Position numbers and translations under genes: made by a program. The notes under the pieces are model-generated. The model did not search any database and was not told the DNA's origin. It saw only the letters and a program-made list of their open reading frames with translations. A stretch of 64,000 nucleotides of DNA from Takakia lepidozioides. Taxonomy: Eukaryota > Plantae > Bryophyta. Positions 38,103 through 48,867 of the stretch are shown in pieces (within the stretch, counting starts at the first letter, position 1; each line of letters starts with the position of its first letter). The stretch covers positions 1,612,001-1,676,000 of the forward strand of contig CM060731.1 of the NCBI GenBank assembly GCA_030704615.1. The letters run 5' to 3'.

Positions 38103-40166
38103 TCAACTTATTGACTTGGACTCTTCCCCTGCATCTCTTGTTAATGGTTTGGCTGACATGGCGGTGTTGTTATCATATTCTTCTGTTATGACATAAGGTC
38201 CTTTCCATGGTGATTTAAGCTTAGAAGCCTTAATCTTCCCCTTCTTCTGCAACCACAGAACCAAATCACCCATCTTAAAAGTTTTCAGTTTACCTTCATC
38301 AAATTGATCCTTCCTCTTCATCTGAATTCTGGTCATGTTATCTGCTGCATCAGCACGTACTTCTTCCACATGATATAATTCATTCCTGACCTTAATTGAA
38401 TCTTCCAATTCCATTCTCCTTCCTCAATCAGTTCTCATGGTAGGTAACAAGAACTCCACTGGAAGTAAAGCTTCCATACCATAAACTAATTGGAATGGTG
38501 TATACTTAGTGGTGACTTTATATGAAGTCATGTATGACCACAAAACTGTCAACAACTTTGTATCCCAATCTGTTCTGTTTGCATTGATTATCTTAGCCAA
38601 GATAGTACATAGTATTTTGTTGGTAGCCTCTGCCTGCCCATTACCCTGTGGGTAATAAGTTGTACTCTTCCTATGCACAATCATGAACTCTTTAGTCAAT
38701 AGTTCAATGGTCTCATTAATGAAGTGACTTCCCTGGTCACTGATAAATTCCAGAGGACAGCCAAATCTTGTAAGTATGTTCTTATACATGAACCTTGCTG
38801 TGGACTTAGCTGAGTTGTCCCTCAGAGCTTTAGCTTCCACCCACTTTGTAGTATAATCAGTGGCTGTGATTATATACTTGTTCTGTGTATTTCTGGCTGG
38901 TGGGTTAATTGGTCCAACAAAGTCTAGTCCCCATTTCTGAAATGGTTCAGTAGGCATCGTAGGATGCAAAACCATCTTTCTAGATCTCTGCAATGGTCCT
39001 AGCCTCTGACACTCATCATAACTCTTGCAATACTTGTGTACATCCTTGAACAATGTAGGCCACCAGTAACCTGCAAGTAGTATCTTTCTACTGGTAGTCT
39101 CTTCTCCAAAATGACCTCCAGCCACTCCTTTATGAGTTTCCTCCAAAACTTTATTTACTTCATGGCGGTACAAGCATCGTTTAAGTACTCCATCAGGTCT
39201 TAGCTTATACATTCTGCCCCCTATCATAGTATAGGATAAAGCCTTTATAGCTATTCTCTTCCTCTGCTCCTTCCCATAACTAGGTGGGCACTGACCATGA
39301 GTAAGGTAGTATCTGATTGGCCACTACCAATCTAACCAATCATCTGCACTTCCCTGCACCTCCACTGCAAATAAACTCGCATCAGGTAGTTGGTCGTCTA
39401 CTCCTGTAGCGGGCTCTCCTGTTGATAGGCGTGACAAGTGATCTGCCACAAGATGTAAACGGCCAAGCTTGTAAACAACATCAAACTCAAACTCGTGCAA
39501 GATTATTAACCACCTTGCTATCCTTCCACTTATCAAAGGCTTGTTCACCAGATAAATCAGAGCCTGATGATCCACATAAAACATAAACTTCCTTCCCAAT
39601 AGGTAATGTCTGAATTTCTTGACTGCATAAATCATTGCCAATGCTTCTCTTTCAGTTGTGCTATAGTTCTTCTCAGCACTGTTCATCAACCTGCTAGCAT
39701 AATACACAGGTGAATCTATGTTTCCTGTAACATTTTGGGCTAATACTGCTCCCAATGCTTCTCCTGAGGCATCACTGTGAACATGAAACACTACATGCCA
39801 GTGGGGGTTTATCAGCACAGGTGTAGTTGTTACTGACAATGTAAGTTCCTCAAAAGCCTGTTGACATTCCGGTGTCCATGCAAACACTGCATCTTTCTTC
39901 AAAAGCTTGCTCAATGGTGCTGTTATCTGTGCATACCGTCTGACAAATCTTCTGTAATAACTGGTTTGTCCAAGGAATCTCCTTAGACTCTTAACATTTA
40001 CTGGTGGTGGAGAGGCTTTAATGGCCTCTGTCTTCCTGGGATCCACAAGAAGTCCCCTCTTACACACAATGTGTCCCGAAAATACCCCTGAATTCACACA
40101 GAAAGTACACTTCTCTGGATTCAGGCCCAGACCTCTCATCCTGCATCTGGCCAAACATAACTCCAA
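38103..40166 (-). pseudogene. Fragment of a second, non-chromovirus Ty3/gypsy pol (RT end, RNase H, integrase)
   Basis: VHSDAS, NYSTTEREALAM, LEETH.G..GGH, PFQKWGLDFVGP, SDQGSHF, YYPQGNGQAE and WKGPY. Confidence 0.9.
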
Positions 40167-40168
40167 TT

Positions 40169-41624
40169 GAGGTTTACTATTTCATGAGCAGAAACCATGA
40201 GCCATGAGCCATGAGCCGCATGAGCGGTGAGCCGAAGTCTAAAACACGCGGATTTCATGAGCGGACTCCTCCAAATTTGGAGATGCGGCAGATTAAACAA
40301 GTATTAAAATAATAATTTTATATTTGACCTTGCCGTTTTTGGAAGTTACGGATCCTGTAATGCGGCAAAGATATGTTGTCAGTAACAACTCCGCTCATGG
40401 GTTTTTAGATCCGCTCATGGAAATGAGTGACCGTGCAACGACAAATCCAGTATACCACGGCAAAAGGACGTCGCATACTGGCCTGTATAGAGTATTCCGC
40501 GGTTTTACATGCCTTAACATTGGAATGAAGCTGACCCTTTTGCCGCGACTGAACCAATAGAGTCTGCACAATTCTATCATCTTCCAGTATTCGGCGGGAA
40601 AGTTTTGCAAGTGAACTAGGAAATGCGGTGCCGCATTAGGGTTCGCACGTGCGAAATTTCTGGGCGGTTTGGTGTTGCTGACTGCCGCATCTACCAGTAC
40701 CTACGACGTTACTTGGAAATGCGGCGCCGCATTTCCTTGCCGGGGGTCGAATGAGGAAAGCAAAGTTTGGGAGAGCTGAAAAACAGGAACCCTCCAACAC
40801 ACAAAAATACATGCACTTGGAAACACGAGTGAATGACACCCGGGTTCCTCTTCAATCCTCCGCCTCAAAGGGCGAGTACGGACGTCCCCCTCTAGGTGTT
40901 CACCTCTGCGGTGCAAAGGCGTCCCTTTGATCTTCTCTCGCAATGCTGTCGCCCATTTCAGTGGATTCTTCGACCTCGAAGCTGTTCGCACCAACAATTC
41001 CTCCCTGTCCGGCCCAAAGCCCCATTGTTTCCCGCTCAGGAACTTGTAGTACGTGGCTTGCTGCATGATTGCTCTGTCGATGTCCTCTGTTGTGGCCGTC
41101 ACTACGTCCACCAGATGTGCGGCAGAAGACGCTCGCCAGGAGGAGTGCACTGATTCTGCCATATTCGTGTTCGGCATGTCTGTGTCGGAATCCAAGCACC
41201 GCTCCTACAAGGACACAGACAATGGTGAGGAACCAATGGAAAGGTCCGTAATAGAAAGACAATTGCACGAAAATGACAGGATCATACCTCCCGCATGTAC
41301 TGTCCGAACTGTCGATACCGGAAATGCCACCACCCCAACCAGCTGTGCATGGCTCCCAGATTGGTTGTCTCCACTGCACCTGACGTGTTCCACCAAGCCT
41401 CGATGATAGCAAACTTAACCTCTGCGTCATCAAATGTGGGTGCATCCTTCCACGCCGTACAAAGGACACGGTGTTCAGCCTGGAATGAGCTAGCAACAAA
41501 TTTGGTAGTGTAGTGGGATAGACTCTGTATCCAATGGAATCCACATGATCTCTCTTTCCCCTCCATTGGCACATTGGGGTCCTCACCGTACACACGCCGC
41601 ACCGCTGCCCAGTTGGCCTGAGCG
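40169..41624 (-). mobile_element. Truncated, internally deleted second copy of the MULE family
   Basis: TIR GAGGTTTACTATTTCATGAGC with CATGAGC repeats at 40169. Transposase RRVYGEDPNVPMEGKERSCGFHW and NTNMAESVHSSW are homologous to ~27000-27850. Cut by the LTR at 41625. Confidence 0.88.
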
Positions 41625-42591
41625 TGTTAGAGGACTGTCGGGGACTTAGACACTTATACGGGATCTGTAGGGTACCCTTAATTTTTGCACAGACTGAGAC
41701 CAACAAGAGCCTTAGGGGTGACAGCAGCGCACTGTAGAGGGGGGTTACACAGCCCGTCACAGTCGTCACAGCCAACACAGCCCGTCACAATCGTCACAGC
41801 AGACACAGCCGACACAGCCAACACAGCCCGTCACAGTCGTCACAGCCGACATAGCCCGGCACAGCCACACAGCCAGTCACAGCCCGACACAGCCAAACAC
41901 AGTCGCACAGCCAGTCACAGCCCGTCACAGTTTCACACAGCCAGTCACAGCTTGACACAGCTGTCACGATCATAGGGAACGAAGAGTAGGACAGGGAAAC
42001 GACTGTGGGGAACAACACCTGCGAAGGGAACATGTTAGTTCAGAGACGACGGTTAGTGAGGGAAACGGTTAGAACCACGGATAGGAAGATAAAGGGAGAA
42101 ACGGGGAATTGAGGGATATCATTCGGAGGAGGACTTCTTGGTCATGGAGGAGAGGGGATCGGGCAGAGATGAAGAACAGAAGTGAAGATAGAGAGATGAT
42201 GAGTAGATGCTTGATATATGCAAGGTTGTAATGATATTGTAGAGCAGATTAGAGACACAAAGGCTTCGGCCTGATACCTGATAAACCATAATCGGATACT
42301 TTTACGATACAATCACACTGTGTAGAGAGATCTGAGTGAAGCTGTGGAATGAATGGATGAGTTGATGGAATCCAATAGATTGATAAAGCAAACTGATACT
42401 TAATTATCAATGGTAAGATAGCTAACATAAATACAAAAGGGAAACAAATAGGAAACACCCCCATGATACACTAGCTGTAGGTCATGACTGATTGTTCTGC
42501 GCGGGCTGAGTACTTAGAGATTTCCAACTCTTCTATCTTGGAGTTTCCGCCTCGAATAGCGAAGGGATGGGTGAGTAAAAGCCGCGCGACA
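41625..42591 (+). mobile_element. 967-bp LTR (TGTTAG...CGACA)
   Basis: TG...CA ends. Interrupts the MULE transposase precisely at TG. Homologous copies at 7793-8302 and 31812-32553. Confidence 0.75.
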
Positions 42592-42660
42592 TTTGGTGAC
42601 CATACTGGGGAACTGAGTCATGAACAACTAGATGTGACAGGCATCTGGTGGGATCATGGT

Positions 42661-43189
42661 TGTCGTGCGCATACATATCGCTACACAACTACATCGCTGT
42701 CCAAACCACACCACACATATATGCACAATAAAGTAGTCTAGCACAATGATAACCAAACTAGATAAGGACACACACTCTCAACACAAGAAATATGAATCCC
42801 TCAACATCACTCTTTAAATAATAGTCGAGCCAGGGGCACCCCAAGCTATGGGGACTCCACCCCACAACAACCTACACTCCCATCATAAGCACACTCAGAT
42901 CTAAACGAATGCAGGAGCTCGGTCGCGCAGGCTCAACTCGAGAGAGATGAGCCGCGCGACTGCCGCTCTCGTGAAGATAAGACGGACCAGGTGTCAAACT
43001 AAACTTGACACCTGATTTAACACTTGACCTAAATCCAAGTGTTAAATACAAATAACTAGTTTTATTCTAGCTGTTTTCACACTGTGCTTATTTAACTTGA
43101 CAGCTGTCGTGCGCATACATATCGCTACACAACTACATCGCTGTCCAAACCACACCACACATATATGCACAATAAAGTAGTCTGCCACA
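42661..43189 (-). repeat. 3' terminal repeat block A-B-A
   Basis: 85-bp A (42661-42745), 356-bp B (42747-43102) and 85-bp A (43105-43189), each TG...CA. The B/A junction is the palindrome GACAGCTGTC. Confidence 0.92.
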
Positions 43190-43200
43190 ATCGCCCCCCT
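43190..43200 (-). promoter_or_regulatory. Polypurine tract
   Basis: Minus strand AGGGGGGCGAT lies immediately before TGTGGCAG, the start of repeat A. Confidence 0.7.
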
Positions 43201-43449
43201 AGCTGGTGGATAGGTCCCTCTACCTCCAGATAGCTACAAGATGTAATAGCCACAGCCGTACTAAGTCCTCTATCACTGTCCCTATTATACTCAAACTCTA
43301 TAGACCAAGAGGCCGGGTACAAGAGTAGCCCCATCGTTAGTCGCCGTCTTGCAATCTGTGAACTTGAGCCAAGATCTCGTGTGTTCAAGGTCTCCTAGTA
43401 GCTGGGCCTTGCGTTTCTTGTTAGCCTCCCATGGTTGTATCCACTCCCA

Positions 43450-46400
43450 CTATCCAATGCAATGTGGACATAACCAATCCCCATCCGGAACCATCTCAAG
43501 AGGTGGAGTCAAGCATCCCATATGCCAACCTCTAGAGCATCGATCACACACCAGCATGGTGGCTGCCCCTTTAGCAGACCCACACAACATGCACCTCAAA
43601 CCTGCAGATACCACTGCCAGGTTTGGGTCAATCCTGCCATCGACATTCGGAAGGTGACATGGCGCACAATTACGCACATGGTCCTTCCAAGTTATGCCAT
43701 CCCGACCCTCCAAGACCAAGACGCCTGAGGGCAAGACCTCTCGAACCCTCAAAATAACACGTCCTGCAGTCACATCCAGGGTCGTAGGAGCAGTCTGCTG
43801 CAGATAGACATAGTCACCAGGGTTGAATCTCCGAACCCCAGGACGATAGCCCCCACCACGTATGGTAGCATACCTCAACGTATCACGGTGTTGTGCAATG
43901 GCAAGGTTCTCGAAAGCCATGGGCATGACTCTCTTGAACAACTCTGCACGCTGCTCACATGCACGTGCCCACACGTCCGGATCGTCAAGGTTAAGAACTG
44001 TAGCAGCTTCTCTGCGAATGGATGTAGGCAAATCCGGCTCTCGGCCAAAGAGAAGAAAGTATGGTGAGAAGGAGGCAAGTGATGCTTGCTTGCTGAACCT
44101 GTAGCCCATGGCTAACCAGGGTAACTGAAGGTCCCAATCTCCTAGGTGTCCCTTCTGCAAGCCATACTTGCGCAAACCCCTCTTTACTGTCTGAACAACT
44201 CTCTCTGCCAAGCCATCGGCTCAGGATGATCCCGAGAAGTGGTGCGGTGGTCTATCAAGGCCTTGTCACACAAAGCCTGAAACTCCCCCAAGAACTCTCT
44301 CCCTTGGTCCGTGAGTACCTCAGCTGGAGCACCGAATCGGCTAAGCACACAATCCAGAATGCATACGCAGCTCCCTCACTAGCCTTATCAGGCAATGGAA
44401 CCAATTCAATCCACTTGGAGAAGTGCTCCACCATCACCAACACGTACTTGTTGTGGCGCATGGTCAGTGGCAACGGCCCTGCGAAGTCAAGACTCCACCT
44501 GTAGCCCAATCCCATGATCGGAAGAGGGTGCAATTGTGGAGTAGGGGCGTTGAATGAAGCACGCACCCTGTCACACACCATGCACCTAGCCACAAATTGT
44601 TGCACCTCTGTGTGCATACCACGCCACCAATACTGCCCCTGCAGTAGACTATGAGTGCGTCGCACCCCAAAATGCCCCAACTCCTCATGGGCATGCCGCA
44701 CTAACCGTGCCCGCTGTGTTGGGTGAGGCACAATCCTCACTCGACCATCCTCCCACACTCGGAGCAGGTGTGTCCCCTCCCACCTGAACCTCTTGGCTCG
44801 TTGTAGGATCCGATCCCTCTCCTTGGCAGTCATAGTGGCTGCCGTGTCTCCACTGCGGAGGTAGTCCAACACAACTGAATCCTCATGTATATCTTTGGCG
44901 CCACCCTGCTCATTGCTGGCCTCAGGGTCCTCAGACACTTGATCTACAGTCATCCCTGTTGTAGGTCCAACCTGGCCTTCCGCTGCCAAGATACACAGAA
45001 ATGCAGATGCATGCCATCCGGGCACCATCTCCTCGTCCGTCTCACCATGCCACCGAGCTCCAGTGTCATCCTGCTGGCTCGTGCATGGATTGCGACTCAA
45101 CCCATCTGCATTTCGATTGACCAAACCCGGTCGATGCACCACCTGAAAGTCATACTCTTGAAGGATGAGTGCCCACCGTGCAAGCTTCCCCGTAAGCTTG
45201 TCTGACTCCATCAACCACTTGAGTGGTTGGTGATCCGTGACAAGGGTGAAGAGATTGCCGTATAGATAGCACCTGAAGTGTGCCACGGCCCACACTGCAG
45301 CTAAGCATTCTCCCTCATATGAGCTATACTTAGACTCTGCAGCATTGTTCGAGCGGCTAGCATAAGCCACTACGAACTCTCTTCCCTCATCATCCACCTG
45401 TGTGAGCACCGCTCCAAGCCCCAGCATGCTCCAATCTGTATGCAGCTGAAAAGGACGCCCCCTGATAGGTCGTCTCAAGATGGGCGCCGAGGTCAACCTC
45501 GCCTTGAGCTCTTGAAAAGCTTGTTCTTGCTCATCTTCCCACTGCCACTCCTGGTCCACCTTGGTCAGCTTGGTTAGAGCCTTTGCAATGGCACTAAATC
45601 CCTTAACAAACCGTCTGTAATAGTTTGCTAACCCCATGAAAGCTCGAACTCGGCTCACATCCGTGGGGCGTGGAACCTGTGCAATGGACTCTACCTTAGT
45701 CTGCTGTACCCCCAATCCTCCAGGATATATCATGTGACCCAGATACTCAATCTGGTTGTGGAAAAACTTGCACTTGCCCGGATGTAACTTCAATCCGTGC
45801 GTCCTCAAGCGCTCAAATACCCCCTGAAGGTGTCTCTCATGCTCCTCCACCGTAGCACTAAAGATGATGATGTCATCTATGTAGCACCGAGCAAACTCCA
45901 CCCCTGCTAGAATCCTGTCCATGACTCTTTGAAACTCAGCGGGAGCGTTTTTAAGCCCAAATGGTAAGAACCGCCACTGGTATAGGCAATCCTTCCCGTG
46001 CTCATTGATCCCCCAGAATGCCGTCTTTTGCTTATCCGCCTCCTTGATCGGCAACTGGTGATATCCGGATCGTAAATCCAACGTGCTAAAGACCTTGGAA
46101 TGCCCAATGGCATCAAAGATCTCCTCTGGTGTTGGCATGGCATACCTATCGGACTTGGTCTGACGATTTACAGGCCGGTAATCACCGCACATACGTCTCT
46201 CCGTCCAATTGCCATAGACATCCTTCTTAGCTGGCATCACTGTGGCTGAAGCATACTCTCCACCAGAGAGCTCCACCAAACCTGCCTCCCAGAGATCTTG
46301 AGTCCTCATCTGAATCAAAGACCTCTCCATGTCACTGTATCTATAGGGTCTCCGAAAGATTGGCGTGTCAGTGGCCAACTCAATACGGATCTCTTGACCC

Positions 46401-46582
46401 TTCAGTGCTCCCAAGTCCTTCAAACTGAAGGCAAAGCAATTCCTGTAAGCCCTCAGGAACCGCCGTATACGTCGTCTCTCTCCTCCGGTGACAATGGGTC
46501 CAATGTCAGGCTCCCAATTGTCCTCCGTAACTGCAACCTTAAGTCCAGTGGGCTTAGAGGTAGAGGACGCGTCCCGTGGTTG
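43450..46582 (-). CDS. Pol: reverse transcriptase, RNase H, integrase and C-terminal PHD finger (frameshifted near 44220-44360)
   Basis: [47 protein letters not shown] and WSLDFAGP. 43450..44211 has AERVVQTVK and PHD CMLC...MLVCDRCSRGWHMGCLTPPL..VPDGDWLCPHC. Confidence 0.93.
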
Positions 46583-48208
46583 CTATGCTGCAACCTCTTG
46601 AGCAGTACCCCCTTCCTGCTCAGTCAATGACAAGGCCTCATCCTGCCCCATCATCTCATCATTGAGAACCTCCTCATCCATCACAGCTGCCTTCGCTGCC
46701 AACTCCCTCTGAACCTCGAGCACCTCCCACATGTGCCATGGATGTCTACACCTCGTGGTCCTCACCGGCTCGCCCCCACTCGCTGCCTGTACCGTCTCGG
46801 TAGGCAGAGAGACCATCAAGGGAAGTGCACTCCGCACTCTACGTTGCTCAGCCATAGCCAAGCTGACAATCCAGGTCAAGCAATTGAGATCCATTGCTTG
46901 CCCCAACACCTGACGACGTGATGCCTCAGAAAGAGAAGGCACCGCCGTGGTCCCAGTGGAAAACCCCATAGCCCGCTCTCGCTCGTCGGCATTAGGCTCC
47001 ACTAACTGCTGCAACTGAGCATCCCACAGGAGGCCAGGTCCACCATCCCGAAAAGCATGGGATCCTGGGAAGCTGAGCAGTGTAGGTAATGCTGCTCGTG
47101 GTTGACCCACCCTGTTGACCACTGCCAAAGGCGAACGGTCATCGTGTCTCACACGTTGAGACTGCCTTCCTGTGTCCAAAATGCCATCCACGGTGAGGTG
47201 TGCTGGCCGCTGCACCCCATCAAATGCACGCTTGAGCAGTGCGGGTGGCATCAAGTTAGTCCACCATAGTCGTGGACGATGAGCCCGTGACCCCACTGCA
47301 GCTGCATCCAGCAATACTGCTGACCCAAGCCACGACCGGACTTGATGCACACTGGCCATCACCCTGGCCCGAGAATCACCCATCAGTGGCACATTCTCCA
47401 AGATGTATGCCGGAGATACAGCCTGATGAAGCTGCAAGTGGCGCAAAATCCGCACCATCTCCCAAAACAGACCCGTCCTCGAGTCTCGCAATCCATTGCC
47501 ATGCCCGGCTGATGAATGCCCTTGGCAGGGCCAACCTGCCACTACCAGATCAATGGAGCCAACCCGCTCCAAATCCTGCGCCCCCAGCAACGCAATGTCT
47601 GCTGGCAAGGCCTGCTGATATCCACGAACTGCAGACACCGGCAACAACTCAGGGTGCTGCTGCACCATCTGAGCAACATGGCGCAGTGAGACGCGTCGTG
47701 CAGTCTCATCCCTCTCCACATACAGGTAACGTCGAACTCGTACACCTGCCTGCAGCACTGCAGCCAATCCAGTGCTGATCCCGCCAAATAAGTCCAGAAG
47801 GCATATGCCTTCATCCGGTCGCTGCCACACAAGAGGTGTGGTGTCCAATGGCGACAACTGAGGTGGCCCTGGTGCAATCACCGCACTCTCCTCCTCTCCT
47901 GACGGTACAAAAGCTTCTACCCAAGCTTGTTGCACCCGTCCATCAGCAGCGTGCTGCAAATCCTTGCTCGTACCCCACAACGGAGTGTGAGCAACCATGG
48001 CAGGCAACTCCGCCGTACCATGCATGTCATCCTGCTCTGCTGGAGGTGGCACATCCTCTGCATGGGCATTGCCTTCCAGCAACTCTCCAGGCCAACTAAC
48101 TGCAGCTGTGAAGGCGGCTAGTGTTGGCATCTTGCCCCGCTGGCAGCTGCAATACCCCCAATGAATGTCACAGGGAGCTGTGCACGGCGACCATCCCCTG
48201 ACTGCCAT
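46583..48208 (-). CDS. C5-cytosine DNA methyltransferase domain (DNMT3-like) inside the pol polyprotein
   Basis: Motif I LLDLFGGISTGL, II YVERD, IV DLVVAGWPCQG, VI ILENVP, VIII AHRPRLWWTN, IX ERERAMGF and X RRQVLGQAM. The terminal TAG is in frame with RT, 53 codons before ORF 44255..46423. Confidence 0.92.
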   Translation of the reverse strand: MAVRGWSPCTAPCDIHWGYCSCQRGKMPTLAAFTAAVSWPGELLEGNAHAEDVPPPAEQDDMHGTAELPAMVAHTPLWGTSKDLQHAADGRVQQAWVEAFVPSGEEESAVIAPGPPQLSPLDTTPLVWQRPDEGICLLDLFGGISTGLAAVLQAGVRVRRYLYVERDETARRVSLRHVAQMVQQHPELLPVSAVRGYQQALPADIALLGAQDLERVGSIDLVVAGWPCQGHSSAGHGNGLRDSRTGLFWEMVRILRHLQLHQAVSPAYILENVPLMGDSRARVMASVHQVRSWLGSAVLLDAAAVGSRAHRPRLWWTNLMPPALLKRAFDGVQRPAHLTVDGILDTGRQSQRVRHDDRSPLAVVNRVGQPRAALPTLLSFPGSHAFRDGGPGLLWDAQLQQLVEPNADERERAMGFSTGTTAVPSLSEASRRQVLGQAMDLNCLTWIVSLAMAEQRRVRSALPLMVSLPTETVQAASGGEPVRTTRCRHPWHMWEVLEVQRELAAKAAVMDEEVLNDEMMGQDEALSLTEQEGGTAQEVAA

Positions 48209-48867
48209 CCAGGCCTGTAGGATGCTGACTCCTCCCAGAAATCCAGGGTGAAGCCCATGGGGTATAACACTGCCCCACCAACGAGGACATCGTAAGAGAC
48301 CGCGTCTGTCACAATGGCCTTGGCTCGCATCACTGAGCCATCTACAGGATGATCCGGCTGCAGTCTAATAGCCAACTGATGCCGTGTCATGCCGCGAGCC
48401 TGCTCTGATCCTCCCAGAGATGTCTGTATCTGGAAAGGACAAGGCTCCATATCCGCCTCCATGAGGCCCAAACCTGCAATAGCAGCTCTGCCCAACATCA
48501 GTGGCTGAGCTCCTGAGTCCAACAAGACCCGCAGTGGCCGGTACTTCTTGCCTGCCGGTCCACTCAAAGTGAAAATGCCTCCCTGGTTGTCTAACAAGAC
48601 AACTCCAGGTGTCACCATGGCGCGCTCAAAGGCTGGCCTAGCTGGCAGCTCCGTCAATCTGGCAGCTGCAGCTTGCCAGGGCGCTGCCGTGGCAGTCTTG
48701 ACCCTCAAATCCGAGGATCCCTCTGCCACTACACCTTCCACTAACTCCGCAGAAGATGAAGTGACCTCTCCACTCTCGCAGAGTGTTGCTGCTAGTCTGA
48801 ACACTGCAGCTGGTCTCACTCCCGGCGTCGCAATCATGGTTGCCGAGAACAGTGGGGCTTGACACAC
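48118..48867 (-). CDS. Retroviral-type aspartic protease
   Basis: RVLLDSGAQPLMLG and YDVLVGG, between gag and the DNMT, offset by frameshifts. Confidence 0.85.
   Translation of the reverse strand: MCQAPLFSATMIATPGVRPAAVFRLAATLCESGEVTSSSAELVEGVVAEGSSDLRVKTATAAPWQAAAARLTELPARPAFERAMVTPGVVLLDNQGGIFTLSGPAGKKYRPLRVLLDSGAQPLMLGRAAIAGLGLMEADMEPCPFQIQTSLGGSEQARGMTRHQLAIRLQPDHPVDGSVMRAKAIVTDAVSYDVLVGGAVLYPMGFTLDFWEESASYRPGWQSGDGRRAQLPVTFIGGIAAASGARCQH

Noticed and set aside
31812-42345. A 10-kb element bounded by long inverted repeats
   Set aside because: The repeats are LTR-family copies in opposite orientation with TG termini facing inward. The interior is a mix of unrelated fragments and there is no TSD.
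42592-42612. tRNA primer-binding site after the 41625-42591 LTR (TTTGGTGACC)
   Set aside because: Only a short TGGTGACC match, so it cannot be assigned to a tRNA without a search.
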